From: a bacterium
GTDB taxonomy: Bacteria; UBA10199; 2-02-FULL-44-16; JAAZCA01
Reading direction: 5' to 3'
DNA: 64,000 bases
Assembly (NCBI GenBank): GCA_963674695.2
Contig: CAXXGI010000002.1
Span: 768,001-832,000, forward strand
Shown: piece after piece, positions 45,606 through 54,885 of the stretch
How the letters are laid out: the number at the start of each line of letters is the position of its first letter
Numbering within the stretch: position 1 is the stretch's first letter
Position numbers and translations under genes: made by a program
The notes under the pieces: model-generated
Database searches by the model: none
What the model was told of the DNA's origin: nothing
The model's input: the letters and a program-made list of their open reading frames with translations, nothing else

Positions 45606-47050
45606 AATCTCGGCAACTCGACATCTTTGGAGCGCCTCCTGTACAGAAGGATTCCGCGTCCAAGCCGAAGCCAAAGTCCAAGGCCAAGACAAAAGCAGAG
45701 CCGAAGAAACGCCGGGCCTCGTCGCGCTCGCGTACGGCCAAGACCGCGCCGATGATCGTGGATGCGTATAATGCAGCCAGTCAGGCCAGCCAGGCCAGTC
45801 AGGCCAGTCAGGCCAGTCAGGCCAGTCAGGCCAGTCAGGCGAGTGCGGAGGCGGAGAAGGGGCCTCGTATCTATTCGATCGCCGAGATCACCGATTCGAT
45901 CAAGGGGCTCATCGAGCGGAACTACACCGATGTCTGGGCCTGTGGTGAAGTGACCGACTTTCGCAACCGGACCGGCCGGCACTTTTACTTCGCGCTCAAG
46001 GACGACAAGGCTAAGATTCGCGCCATCATCTTCGGCGCGGGGCAGCGGCGATTGCCCTTCGAGTTGACCGATGGTCTGGAACTCATCTGTCATGGGCGCC
46101 TCAACGTCTATCCGCTCGGCGGCAGCTATTCGCTGGTGATCGATCACTGCGAGCCCAAGGGGATCGGCGCGCTGCAGCTCGCGTTCGAACAGCTCAAAAA
46201 GAAACTCGAGGCCGAAGGCCTCTTCGCGCGTGAGCGCAAACGCCCGTTGCCGTTTCTGCCGCGACGCATCGGCGTGATCACCTCGCCGACCGGTGCGGCT
46301 GTGCGCGACATCATTCAGGTTCTCACGCGCCGCTTCCCCGGCATCGAGGTGCTCATCGATCCGGTGCGCGTGCAGGGAGAGGGATCCGCACCCGAGATCG
46401 CCGCGGCCATCGATCGCATGGGCGCACGCACCGATCTCGATTGCCTCATCGTCGGGCGCGGCGGCGGATCCATCGAGGACCTCTGGGCCTTCAATGAAGA
46501 GATTGTGGCGCGCGCCATCGTGGCATCAAACGTGCCGGTGATCTCGGCGGTTGGGCATGAGATCGATTTCACCATCGCGGATTTTGTGGCGGATGTGCGG
46601 GCGGCCACGCCCTCGGCTGCGGCCGAGATCGCGGTGCCGGTGCGCAGCGAGTTGATGCAGATGCTCGCGGATCGCCGACGGCAGTTGGGCTTGGCCCTGC
46701 GCGGGGGCCTGGAGCGTCGGGTCGATGCCGTCGCGCGTCTCTTCCATCGCCTCGGTGACCCGAGTCGGCGCCTTCCCGATCTGATGCAGCGCATCGATGC
46801 CCTCTCCCGCAGCCTTCGGTTCGGCATGGAGGTGGGTGTTGAGAAGCGCGCGCAGCGGTTTCAGGCGTTGGTGGCCAACCTAGGGCACCTCTCGCCACTC
46901 GGGATTTTGGCGAAGGGATATGCCGTTGTGGAGGATGAGCGCGGGCACACCGTCCGGGCGGCGCGCGGGCTCAAGGTGGATCAGGAGCTGGCCATACGCC
47001 TGCATAAGGGGGCTGTGCGTGCCCGCGTCCGTAAAATCGTTGACGGATGA
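45602..47050 (+). CDS. xseA: Exodeoxyribonuclease VII large subunit with N-terminal extension
   Basis: GHFYF-type OB fold, TSPTGAAVRD, RGGGSIEDLWAFN, GHEIDFTIAD, TPSAAAE; (ASQ)7 extension. Confidence 0.92.
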   Translation: MKSRQLDIFGAPPVQKDSASKPKPKSKAKTKAEPKKRRASSRSRTAKTAPMIVDAYNAASQASQASQASQASQASQASQASAEAEKGPRIYSIAEITDSIKGLIERNYTDVWACGEVTDFRNRTGRHFYFALKDDKAKIRAIIFGAGQRRLPFELTDGLELICHGRLNVYPLGGSYSLVIDHCEPKGIGALQLAFEQLKKKLEAEGLFARERKRPLPFLPRRIGVITSPTGAAVRDIIQVLTRRFPGIEVLIDPVRVQGEGSAPEIAAAIDRMGARTDLDCLIVGRGGGSIEDLWAFNEEIVARAIVASNVPVISAVGHEIDFTIADFVADVRAATPSAAAEIAVPVRSELMQMLADRRRQLGLALRGGLERRVDAVARLFHRLGDPSRRLPDLMQRIDALSRSLRFGMEVGVEKRAQRFQALVANLGHLSPLGILAKGYAVVEDERGHTVRAARGLKVDQELAIRLHKGAVRARVRKIVDG

Positions 47051-47094
47051 GGGGGTGGTGCAGTAAGGGTCGTATAATGATAACGGAGGGGGCG

Positions 47095-47328
47095 ATGACG
47101 GAAAAACGCAGCTTTGAAAAGGCGATGACCGAACTCGAGGGGATCGTGCGGCAGCTCGAATCGAACGACCTGACGCTCGACGATTCCCTCAAGGCCTTCG
47201 AAAAGGGAGTGACGCTCACGCGCGAGTGTGAAACGTATCTCACCGAGGCGAAGGGCAAGGTCGAAAAACTCGTGCGCGACGCGGATGGCGTGGAAAAGAC
47301 CGAGGCGTTCGAACCGCGCGAAGCGTGA
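47095..47328 (+). CDS. xseB: Exodeoxyribonuclease VII small subunit
   Basis: SFEKAMTELE.IV..LE...L.LDDSL..FEKG. Confidence 0.93.
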   Translation: MTEKRSFEKAMTELEGIVRQLESNDLTLDDSLKAFEKGVTLTRECETYLTEAKGKVEKLVRDADGVEKTEAFEPREA

Positions 47329-47434
47329 ACGGTGAACGGTGAACGGTGAACGGTGAACGGTGAACGGTGAACACTGCAGTGTAACACGATTTTGCTTACG
47401 GTTTACGGTTCACCGTTTACGGTTTACGGTTCAC
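47325..47434. repeat. 7-bp tandem microrepeats in inverted pair (GTGAACG x6-7; degenerate GGTTYAC run)
   Basis: Direct reading; same unit at 21075-21113 and 48743-48763. Confidence 0.9.
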
Positions 47435-47450
47435 AAGTCACGGAAAAATC

Positions 47451-48332
47451 ATGAATCTCAAAACATATCTGGCAGAACGCAAGGGGTGGGTCGAGGCGGA
47501 GCTCAAGCGCTCGATCGATGATCCGTCCATTCCGCAGCAGCTGGCGAAAGCGATGCGCTACAGTCTGGAGGCGGGCGGCAAGCGCTTGCGCCCGGTGCTG
47601 GCGTTTGCCGCGGCCGAGGCGGTGGGGAGCGATGCGCGTCGGGCCATGCCCGCGGCCGTCGCCCTCGAGATGATCCACACCTTCTCGCTCATCCACGATG
47701 ATCTCCCGGCCATGGACGACGACTCGCTGCGCCGGGGAAAACCCACCAACCACAAGGTCTTCGGTGAAGCCACAGCGATTCTCGCCGGCGATGCGCTCCT
47801 GGCCGAGGCCTTCTCGGCCCTGGCGCACGCGGCGGTCGATGTTTCCCCTGTGCAGCTCATCGAGGTCATCGCCGATATCGCCGATGCCACCGGCTGTCGC
47901 GGCATGACCGGTGGCCAGCAGATCGACATCGATGCGACGGGAGAGACCATCTCGCTCGAAGCGCTCGAGGGTCTGCACCGGTACAAGACCGGGGCGCTCA
48001 TTCGGGTTGCCCTCACCTCCGGCGCGAAATTGGCTGGCGCCGATGCAGAGCAGGTGGAGCGTCTTGCGCATTTTGGCGAAGCGATCGGGCTCGCCTTTCA
48101 GATCGCCGACGATGTGCTCGACATCGAGGGCGATCAATCGCTCATGGGCAAGGACATCGGAAGCGATGAGGGACAGGACAAATCCACCTATCCGTCGATC
48201 ATCGGGCTGGATGCGTCCAAACGGCGTGCAGCCGCCCTCATCGACGAGGCGGTCGAGACGATCGCTCCCTTCGGCGAGAAGGGTGAACCGCTCGGCCAGA
48301 TCGCCCGCTACATCATCGAGCGAACATCATGA
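47451..48332 (+). CDS. ispA: Geranyl/farnesyl diphosphate synthase
   Basis: GGKRLRP, HDDLPAMD...RRG, GQQID, KTGAL, FQIADDVLD. Confidence 0.93.
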   Translation: MNLKTYLAERKGWVEAELKRSIDDPSIPQQLAKAMRYSLEAGGKRLRPVLAFAAAEAVGSDARRAMPAAVALEMIHTFSLIHDDLPAMDDDSLRRGKPTNHKVFGEATAILAGDALLAEAFSALAHAAVDVSPVQLIEVIADIADATGCRGMTGGQQIDIDATGETISLEALEGLHRYKTGALIRVALTSGAKLAGADAEQVERLAHFGEAIGLAFQIADDVLDIEGDQSLMGKDIGSDEGQDKSTYPSIIGLDASKRRAAALIDEAVETIAPFGEKGEPLGQIARYIIERTS

Positions 48333-48754
48333 GACATCACTGCGCTGAAATAGACGTCGCTACCAAGGATCCCGTCGAGTTTCTCGACTGCACGGAACGC
48401 GTCTGCGAGGTGGTGGCCAAAAGCGGTATTCGCAACGGATTGGCCACGGTCGCCACGCAGCACACCACGGCCGCGGTGCGCATCACTGAACGGTGCGAGC
48501 GGTTGCAACAGGATATGCGCACGTGGCTTAACGAGACGATCCCGGCGGCACCCTATCGGCACGATGAACAGACCGTCGACGATCGTCCCAATGCGCGTGG
48601 CCACCTCATGGCCATGCTCATGCCGCACGCCGAGACGATTCCGATCGTCGACGGCAAGCTCAAACTGGGGCAGTGGCAGTCGATCTTCTTCGTCGAGGTG
48701 GACGGTCCGCGCCCCGAGCGCCGTTTGTTTGTGCAGGTGATTGGTGAACGGTGA
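48329..48754 (+). CDS. yjbQ: YjbQ-family protein
   Basis: HTTA, YRHD, NA.GH, LGQWQ.IFFVE.DGPR; ATGA overlap with ispA. Confidence 0.9.
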   Translation: MRHHCAEIDVATKDPVEFLDCTERVCEVVAKSGIRNGLATVATQHTTAAVRITERCERLQQDMRTWLNETIPAAPYRHDEQTVDDRPNARGHLMAMLMPHAETIPIVDGKLKLGQWQSIFFVEVDGPRPERRLFVQVIGER

Positions 48755-48779
48755 ACGGTTCACGAGTAGTGGAGGTGGT

Positions 48780-50159
48780 ATGAACACACAGGATATGCAG
48801 TCGTTCTTTGCCGATGAAGAGACGATCGATCGCGACGTCTCCGTCATCTTCACCTATTTCATCGAGACGCTTACATCCGTGAAGGAGGCGGCGGCCTCCC
48901 TCTGCCAGGAGACCTCCACGGCGCAGTGGAAGCGCCCGAACGTCGACGAGGATTTTCGCCCGCGTCATGCGGCCAAGGTGATCTCGCTCGAGCCGATCGA
49001 CGAGGGAGCCGCGTCGGTCTTTTCGAGCACCGCGGTTTTTGGCTCGCGGTTTTCGCGCGCGCGCGTGCGCATCGCACACCCGATCGAAAACTTCGGCGCA
49101 CGCCTGCCCAACCTGCTCACCGTCGCCATGGGCGAAGGCGCCTTCTTCAGCCACGGCATCACGTCGATCAAACTCATCGACATCGAGTTTCCGGATAGCT
49201 TCTTGGCAGCCTTCCAGGGACCGCAGTTCGGGACCGCAGGCCTGCGCCGGATCATCGATGTCTTCGATCGCCCGCTCTTCTTCGGCGTGGTCAAACCCAA
49301 CGTTGGGCTCGATCCCGCAGGCTTTGCGGAGCTTGCACGCGAGGCGTGGGTCGGCGGGCTCGACGTCGCCAAGGATGATGAGATGCTCGCCGATACGGCG
49401 TATTCTCCCTTTGCCCAGCGCATGCAGCTCGTGGGGCAAGCGCGGCAGGAAGCTGAGCAAATCACCGGACGGCCGAAGATTTTTATCGCCAATATCACCG
49501 ATGAAGTCGATCGCATCATCGAGCTGCATGACATCGCGGTCGAAAATGGAGTCAATGCGGTCATGCTCAACGTCATGGCCGTGGGGCTCTCCGCAGTGCG
49601 TATGCTGCGCAAACGGTCGCAGGTGCCGATCATCGCTCACTTCGATTGCATTGCGCCCATGTCGCGGCATCCCTATTTCGGCGTCTCCACGACGGTGCTG
49701 ACGAAACTTCAGCGCCTGGCCGGTTGCGATGCGATCATCATGCCGGGGTTTGGCGAGCGAATGATGACCTCCGAGGAGGAGGTGTTGGCCAACGTGCAGG
49801 AATGCGTTGCGCCCATGGGGTCGATCGCATCCGTCCTGCCGGTTCCGGGCGGAAGCGATTGGGCGGGGACGTTGCCGCAGGTCTATGAACGCTTGCGCAC
49901 GATCGACTTTGCGCTCGTTCCGGGGCGAGGCGTCTTCGGCCATCCGCAGGGCCCGCGCGCCGGGGCGGAGAGCCTTGTCCAGTCGTGGGAGGCCACCGTC
50001 GCGCGCATCGATCTGGCCGAGTATGCCGAGCAGGCGCCGCAGCTGCGTGCCGCGATCGAGGCCTTTAGCGCAGCAGGCGGACAGGACGATACGACCGATG
50101 GAGAGGCGCTCATACATGGGTATACGGGGGCGGTACTCTCGTCGGTGATGCGCCATTGA
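48780..50159 (+). CDS. RuBisCO-like protein, form IV (resembles the IV-Photo clade)
   Basis: STAQWKR..VDEDFR, GVVKPNVGL, DVAKDDE, PVPGGS, VPGRGVFGHP; GGAGGTGG RBS. Confidence 0.9.
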   Translation: MNTQDMQSFFADEETIDRDVSVIFTYFIETLTSVKEAAASLCQETSTAQWKRPNVDEDFRPRHAAKVISLEPIDEGAASVFSSTAVFGSRFSRARVRIAHPIENFGARLPNLLTVAMGEGAFFSHGITSIKLIDIEFPDSFLAAFQGPQFGTAGLRRIIDVFDRPLFFGVVKPNVGLDPAGFAELAREAWVGGLDVAKDDEMLADTAYSPFAQRMQLVGQARQEAEQITGRPKIFIANITDEVDRIIELHDIAVENGVNAVMLNVMAVGLSAVRMLRKRSQVPIIAHFDCIAPMSRHPYFGVSTTVLTKLQRLAGCDAIIMPGFGERMMTSEEEVLANVQECVAPMGSIASVLPVPGGSDWAGTLPQVYERLRTIDFALVPGRGVFGHPQGPRAGAESLVQSWEATVARIDLAEYAEQAPQLRAAIEAFSAAGGQDDTTDGEALIHGYTGAVLSSVMRH

Positions 50160-50227
50160 TGCATCCCGCGTGCCGTTGTTCTCGAAGGGAGTTTTCATGA
50201 ACGCGTTGCCTGTGCGAGCGATGCTCC

Positions 50228-50379
50228 AGGCTGCTGACAAAGTCCAGAAGAGATGATTATCTCATGATTGTCATTCTGAGGCGTCAGCCGAAGAATCCCT
50301 TGTTGACGATGTTTGTAGGGGATTCTTCGCTTCGCTCAGAATGACAATACTATTCGTCATTGGGGTTTGTCATCAACCT
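50228..50379. mobile_element. 152-bp MITE-like element containing a REP-like palindrome (50267-50348)
   Basis: Imperfect 14-bp TIR AGGCTGCTGACAAA / TTTGTCATCAACCT; flanked by 39-bp direct repeats (50188-50226, 50389-50427). Confidence 0.65.
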
Positions 50380-50397
50380 CATATTTGAGGAGTTTTT

Positions 50398-51285
50398 ATG
50401 AACGCGGCGCCTGTGCGAGCGATGCTCGTCCTAATTCTGCTCGTCATTCCATCGATGGTCTTCGCCAAAATTCCGCCGAAGATCGAGAAGGTCGTCTTCT
50501 CGCAGTTCGTGCCGGCGCTGTCGAATCCGGGGATCATCTCCGCCTATACCGATCCGGATCCGGCGAAGATGCGGACCTATGTCGTGATCGAGCGTGGCGG
50601 CATTCCGGCCGAGCGCGCGACGTTCTTTATCTCCTGGAGTGACTACGACTATCGCGGTGCGGTCATCAATCTTGCGAAGAACGATCGGATCACGACGCGT
50701 CGCGGTGGGGTCTACACCTATCTCCAGAAGGGGGATGTCATGGCCGTGACCGGCGTGCGCGTCTTTGGGTCGACGGTCTACGTGAAACTCCTTTCCGCAG
50801 ACGTTTATCGCCCCGAAGCGCGGGAGAAGGATAAACGCTTTGCTCGGGTGTCGGTGGAGGTCGGGTTCAAATTTCCCAAAGAAGTGTTTAAAACGGATGA
50901 TGCCGATACGGTGATCAAGACGATGCTCGAATGGTTCACGCCTTTCTCCTCTCGCGATGAGGCCTTTGCTTATGCGGAAACCATCGGCGGCAATACCGCA
51001 GAGATAGCGGGCCAGGAGTGGGAGCAGCTGAAGGCCGAGGAGCGCGCGGCGCGGGAGGCCAGGCGCAAGCGCAAGGCTTCGACTGCCGTCGGCGATGAAT
51101 CGCCGGCAGATGCCGCCGCAGCGGAGCATGTCGAGCAGGAGGGACAGCGCAAGCAGGTCAAAAAACTCGATGAAAAGATCGAAGCGCTTCAGCGCCAGAT
51201 GGAGGAAAACGCCGCGGAGATGGAACGGCTCAAACAGGAGATGAAGGCGAATGCGCAGGCCGAGGATGCGTCGCCGAAAAAGTGA
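50398..51285 (+). CDS. Secreted hypothetical protein with C-terminal coiled coil
   Basis: GAGGAG RBS, signal peptide (VFA), heptad-rich tail. Confidence 0.7.
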   Translation: MNAAPVRAMLVLILLVIPSMVFAKIPPKIEKVVFSQFVPALSNPGIISAYTDPDPAKMRTYVVIERGGIPAERATFFISWSDYDYRGAVINLAKNDRITTRRGGVYTYLQKGDVMAVTGVRVFGSTVYVKLLSADVYRPEAREKDKRFARVSVEVGFKFPKEVFKTDDADTVIKTMLEWFTPFSSRDEAFAYAETIGGNTAEIAGQEWEQLKAEERAAREARRKRKASTAVGDESPADAAAAEHVEQEGQRKQVKKLDEKIEALQRQMEENAAEMERLKQEMKANAQAEDASPKK

Positions 51286-51303
51286 ACGACCTGTTTCAAA
51301 CAC

Positions 51304-51337
51304 AAACGGCCGACTCTCTTCGAGTCGGCCGTTTTTT
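51304..51337 (+). terminator. Rho-independent terminator (possibly bidirectional)
   Basis: AAACGGCCGACTC/GAGTCGGCCGTTT stem with T run. Confidence 0.8.
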
Positions 51338-51383
51338 GTGCGATGAAATATTTTCACGGCTTTAAAGAATTGTTCAGGGGGTG

Positions 51384-52319
51384 CTAGCCCTCATCCGCTT
51401 CGCGGCGTGTTCGATCGGCATCGAAGCTTTTTCCCAAATCGAAGGCGATGCCGGCCGTGACCGTGAATTTCGGGCCGCCTGCGGCGTTCAGGACAGAGGC
51501 ACCACCGGCTGCGCGGAAGGAAAGTCCCATCGGCAGGCGGTAGCTGAGTCCACCCATGACGATGAGCGGCGAGGTGCGCCGGTCGATGTCGCGCATGACG
51601 ATCGATCCGTTCGCTTCCGCCATGACCTCCAAACCCTTGTAGACCGGAACCATGGCGCCGAGTCCAAAGGTGAGTTCGTCCCCGAACTTTCTTCCGCCGA
51701 TCGTCTGATCGGGAAGAAGACTGTAGCCGACATTTGCGGTAATGTAGGTATCGCGCAGGCCGAGGAAAGCCTTGTCGACGATGATCTTTGCGCCGCCGGA
51801 TATCCCCTTATTTCCCATGAACTTTTTATCGTTCCCCGTCGGGGCATCGACGAACCCCAGGATCGCAATGCCCGGGAGGTTGCCCTTGTCGGCGAGCGCG
51901 CGTCCCTTGAGAGCAAAGCGGATATCACCGAGCCCAACCGTGGTGATGGTGCTCGCATTGACGGTATACATCTCCGAGACGTAGGCGTGTACGGGGACGT
52001 CGAAGCCGATATCGATCCGGTCAAAGAATCCGATTCCAGCGGTGACATCGGCGGTCAGCATCTTTTTGATGAGCTGGGTGCTGCCACCACCGGCAGCCCG
52101 AATTGCAAAGAGCGACTGGGCATAGTCGGCATCGATGGCGAAGGTGGGCCGCAGGTGCGTGAGGGTTCGCGAACCATAGACCGTGAGGATGCCGCTCCGA
52201 TCGAACGTCGGGCGGAAGCGCTGGATGTCGAAGCCGACAATACCGGTATCGGCGGCATGTGCTGTGCTGGCGATGAGCAGGGCGGCGACGAAGAGGGTCG
52301 AAACGAGTCGCTTCTTCAT
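51384..52319 (-). CDS. Putative outer-membrane beta-barrel protein
   Basis: Signal peptide (AHA), amphipathic beta strands, 'GLGDIR...K', 'PTG....FMG'; no OmpA C-terminal domain. Confidence 0.6.
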   Translation of the reverse strand: MKKRLVSTLFVAALLIASTAHAADTGIVGFDIQRFRPTFDRSGILTVYGSRTLTHLRPTFAIDADYAQSLFAIRAAGGGSTQLIKKMLTADVTAGIGFFDRIDIGFDVPVHAYVSEMYTVNASTITTVGLGDIRFALKGRALADKGNLPGIAILGFVDAPTGNDKKFMGNKGISGGAKIIVDKAFLGLRDTYITANVGYSLLPDQTIGGRKFGDELTFGLGAMVPVYKGLEVMAEANGSIVMRDIDRRTSPLIVMGGLSYRLPMGLSFRAAGGASVLNAAGGPKFTVTAGIAFDLGKSFDADRTRREADEG

Positions 52320-52420
52320 GGCATCTCCAACGAATGAGGGACAAGGGATAACAGAAAATACTAATTATTTCGATGGGATGTACTCTTTTTGCGGAAAGGC
52401 GTCAAACCGATTTTGGGGAG

Positions 52421-52455
52421 AAAAAACGGCGGGCCCGCGGGGGGTCCGCCGTTTT
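52421..52455 (-). terminator. Rho-independent terminator
   Basis: AAAACGGCGG/CCGCCGTTTT stem downstream of the large lipoprotein gene. Confidence 0.7.
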
Positions 52456-52480
52456 AGCGTGTCGTATCCTTTCTCCCTTC

Positions 52481-54832
52481 TTACTCGGGCTCTTCGTCGA
52501 TACAGACCATCCTCATAAGCATCTCGCCGGAGGTGTTGTGAGCACCAAATGTTTCCTCGTCGACGCTAACGCCGACCGTACACTCCCATGTGGTGTAGGG
52601 ATCCTGGCCGTAGTCAGCGGATGTGTCTTCCGGATCGTTCAGGCACGTGAGTTCATCGCCGTTCCCGCGCTCCTCATCGTACGGATCGAAGAGTTCAAAC
52701 CACGTTCCCGCACCACATCCGTCCACCCCATCATGGCAATTGAACCGGATGGAGAAGTGATTCATCGTGGAGTCCTCCCAGTCGTAACCGATAAAGGCGT
52801 GATTACTTCTTAATGATGCTCCATCTAGCTCCAATCCTGGCCACGTGATGTCGAGACGACCATCAGAGGCGATGATATCATTGGCGATCTCGAGATCGGG
52901 CAGATCCAGGTCGGATGTCAACTGGCTAGCGTACATCGTTATACTGCAATATTTTCCTTCAATCTGATTGGGAACTTCCATGTTGCAGGTTCCCTGGATG
53001 GGAGTAACGAGTCCATCGATATCCTCAAACTCACCCATGCCCATCCCGTTAAGCAAAGATAATTTCGCGCTGATCGTCGCGCTTCCCTCGAAGGTTGAGA
53101 AAGTTCCTCCGACGTCTGTCGCTACGATATTGTCAGAGACAATTGAAGAGGCATCGAAGAGGTCCTGCATTGTCAATCCTGGGGCCAATTGATTTGTTGA
53201 AACGGGCATGGTGAGGCTCAACGTCGAGTAGTCGTCTGAAAATGTTCCAGTGATCTCGTCGATATCGTCCTCTTCGTCGACTGTACTGGAGATAGTCAGC
53301 GCAGTTCCGTCCTGATCTGCTTCCCATTTCGATATGTATTCCATGCTTGCACTCCCACTCATAAACATGAGAAGTGCGGTCAAATTTCCATCCAAGCCAG
53401 TGAAGTTCCAGTTGATTGCGCAGGTCGTTCCACTCAAATCCGGCGGTCCGTCGTTCTCCGGGATCGGCTCGAACGCGGCGAGCATAGAGTTGGATGTGGT
53501 GCGTTTCACCATGGCATTCGCGATTGCTTGTGCTCCAGCCGCCGCAGACCCGAAGGCGGCCTGTGCCTGTGCCATGGCCTCGCCGACCGTCGGGGTGAAA
53601 TCGATCGAGGTGAAGTTGAGCAGGTCTCCCGCGTTGTAGAGGGCCTCCTGCAGGAGGGTGCCTCCCTCATCTGCGACGACCAGTGCGAGCGTGAGAGGGC
53701 GGAAGCCGGAAAAGAAACGCGAGACCTTGGGGTCTGTGCCTGCCGCCGCGTTTCCCATGCGGATGAGGGTGCGATAGTTATGGACCGAAAATGTCCCCTC
53801 GAGGTTATCGAAGGTTGGCTCTTGGATATCCCGATAGGAGACGGAGTCGGGATTGAGGTCGAGGTTGGCGACCATCTCCACGCCCATCATGTCCTCGACG
53901 CCGCCGAGGAAATAGAGACGTTCGGCATCCTGGTTGAAGTAGGTGACGAGCTGCTCGCTCCCATCGGATTCTTCGATGGCGGACATGATCCAGTAACCGC
54001 TGAGGTCCACTTCGATCGTGGCGTTGAGCAGGCCGTATCCCCGCGAGTTGCCGGAGGCCGTGTGGATCATATGGAGGAAGTCGGATCCGTTCGTGTCGAG
54101 CGCATAGATCTCCTTCGAATCGACGAGCAGGACGGCACGGATGATGTCGGGTGACGTACCGCCCACGTAGAAGAGCTTCGTTTCGATGATGCCGTTGCCG
54201 GGGCGCAGCAGGAGCCAGGCGATGGGGTCGCCGGCCTGGTCCCAAGCCTGGTATTCGATTTCGAAGGCTCCGGTCTGGTATTCGGCCGCCTCAGCGGTAA
54301 AGACGAACGATGTTCCACCGATCTCGACCGATCCGACGACTGCGCCAGAAATTCCGTTTTCATCGATCGTGAAGGCCTCATTTTCGATCATGGCCTGGAT
54401 GTGTGTGAGATAGGGAAGGGCGCCCATCATCTTGCGGTACGTCTCGTAGCGGATGGAGACGCCCGTGTCCGCAACAGCGATAGCAGTCTGCTTATCGCCT
54501 GTGCTGGCGCGGCGCTCCGGATCGTCGAGGAGAAGGACGCCGGCGACGGCGCTCGAGTCCTTGGTGCCCAGTGTCGCCAGGCTCGGAGATGCGCTGGCGG
54601 AGAAGGATGGATCGCTCGAAGCGAGATCGAGCAACGCCGAGAGTTCGGCGGTCGACATAGTCCCGATGCTCGAGAGGACCGACATCTGCGCTGCCACCTC
54701 GCTGCTGCCGCTGGCCGCTTCGATCTGTCCCTCGGTGAGCGAGTCACCGTTCCAGGGGGTGACGCTGGAACTGGAACATCCCGCCAGTGCTATGACGATC
54801 ATCCACAGCATAACGAGCCGTGTGCGTTTCAT
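52481..54832 (-). CDS. Large acidic lipoprotein of unknown function
   Basis: Lipobox LAGC, GAGGGGGAGG RBS, Ser/Asp/Glu-rich, Cys-containing C-terminus. Confidence 0.75.
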   Translation of the reverse strand: MKRTRLVMLWMIVIALAGCSSSSVTPWNGDSLTEGQIEAASGSSEVAAQMSVLSSIGTMSTAELSALLDLASSDPSFSASASPSLATLGTKDSSAVAGVLLLDDPERRASTGDKQTAIAVADTGVSIRYETYRKMMGALPYLTHIQAMIENEAFTIDENGISGAVVGSVEIGGTSFVFTAEAAEYQTGAFEIEYQAWDQAGDPIAWLLLRPGNGIIETKLFYVGGTSPDIIRAVLLVDSKEIYALDTNGSDFLHMIHTASGNSRGYGLLNATIEVDLSGYWIMSAIEESDGSEQLVTYFNQDAERLYFLGGVEDMMGVEMVANLDLNPDSVSYRDIQEPTFDNLEGTFSVHNYRTLIRMGNAAAGTDPKVSRFFSGFRPLTLALVVADEGGTLLQEALYNAGDLLNFTSIDFTPTVGEAMAQAQAAFGSAAAGAQAIANAMVKRTTSNSMLAAFEPIPENDGPPDLSGTTCAINWNFTGLDGNLTALLMFMSGSASMEYISKWEADQDGTALTISSTVDEEDDIDEITGTFSDDYSTLSLTMPVSTNQLAPGLTMQDLFDASSIVSDNIVATDVGGTFSTFEGSATISAKLSLLNGMGMGEFEDIDGLVTPIQGTCNMEVPNQIEGKYCSITMYASQLTSDLDLPDLEIANDIIASDGRLDITWPGLELDGASLRSNHAFIGYDWEDSTMNHFSIRFNCHDGVDGCGAGTWFELFDPYDEERGNGDELTCLNDPEDTSADYGQDPYTTWECTVGVSVDEETFGAHNTSGEMLMRMVCIDEEPE

Positions 54833-54885
54833 ATTACCCTCCCCCTCATTTGTACACTGACCCATCGAACGCATCATTTAAGAAT

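Noticed and set aside
48780-50159. True CO2-fixing RuBisCO
   Set aside because: Key carboxylase residues are substituted (KPN, no loop-6 Lys motif, PGG), and there is no rbcS or prk nearby.
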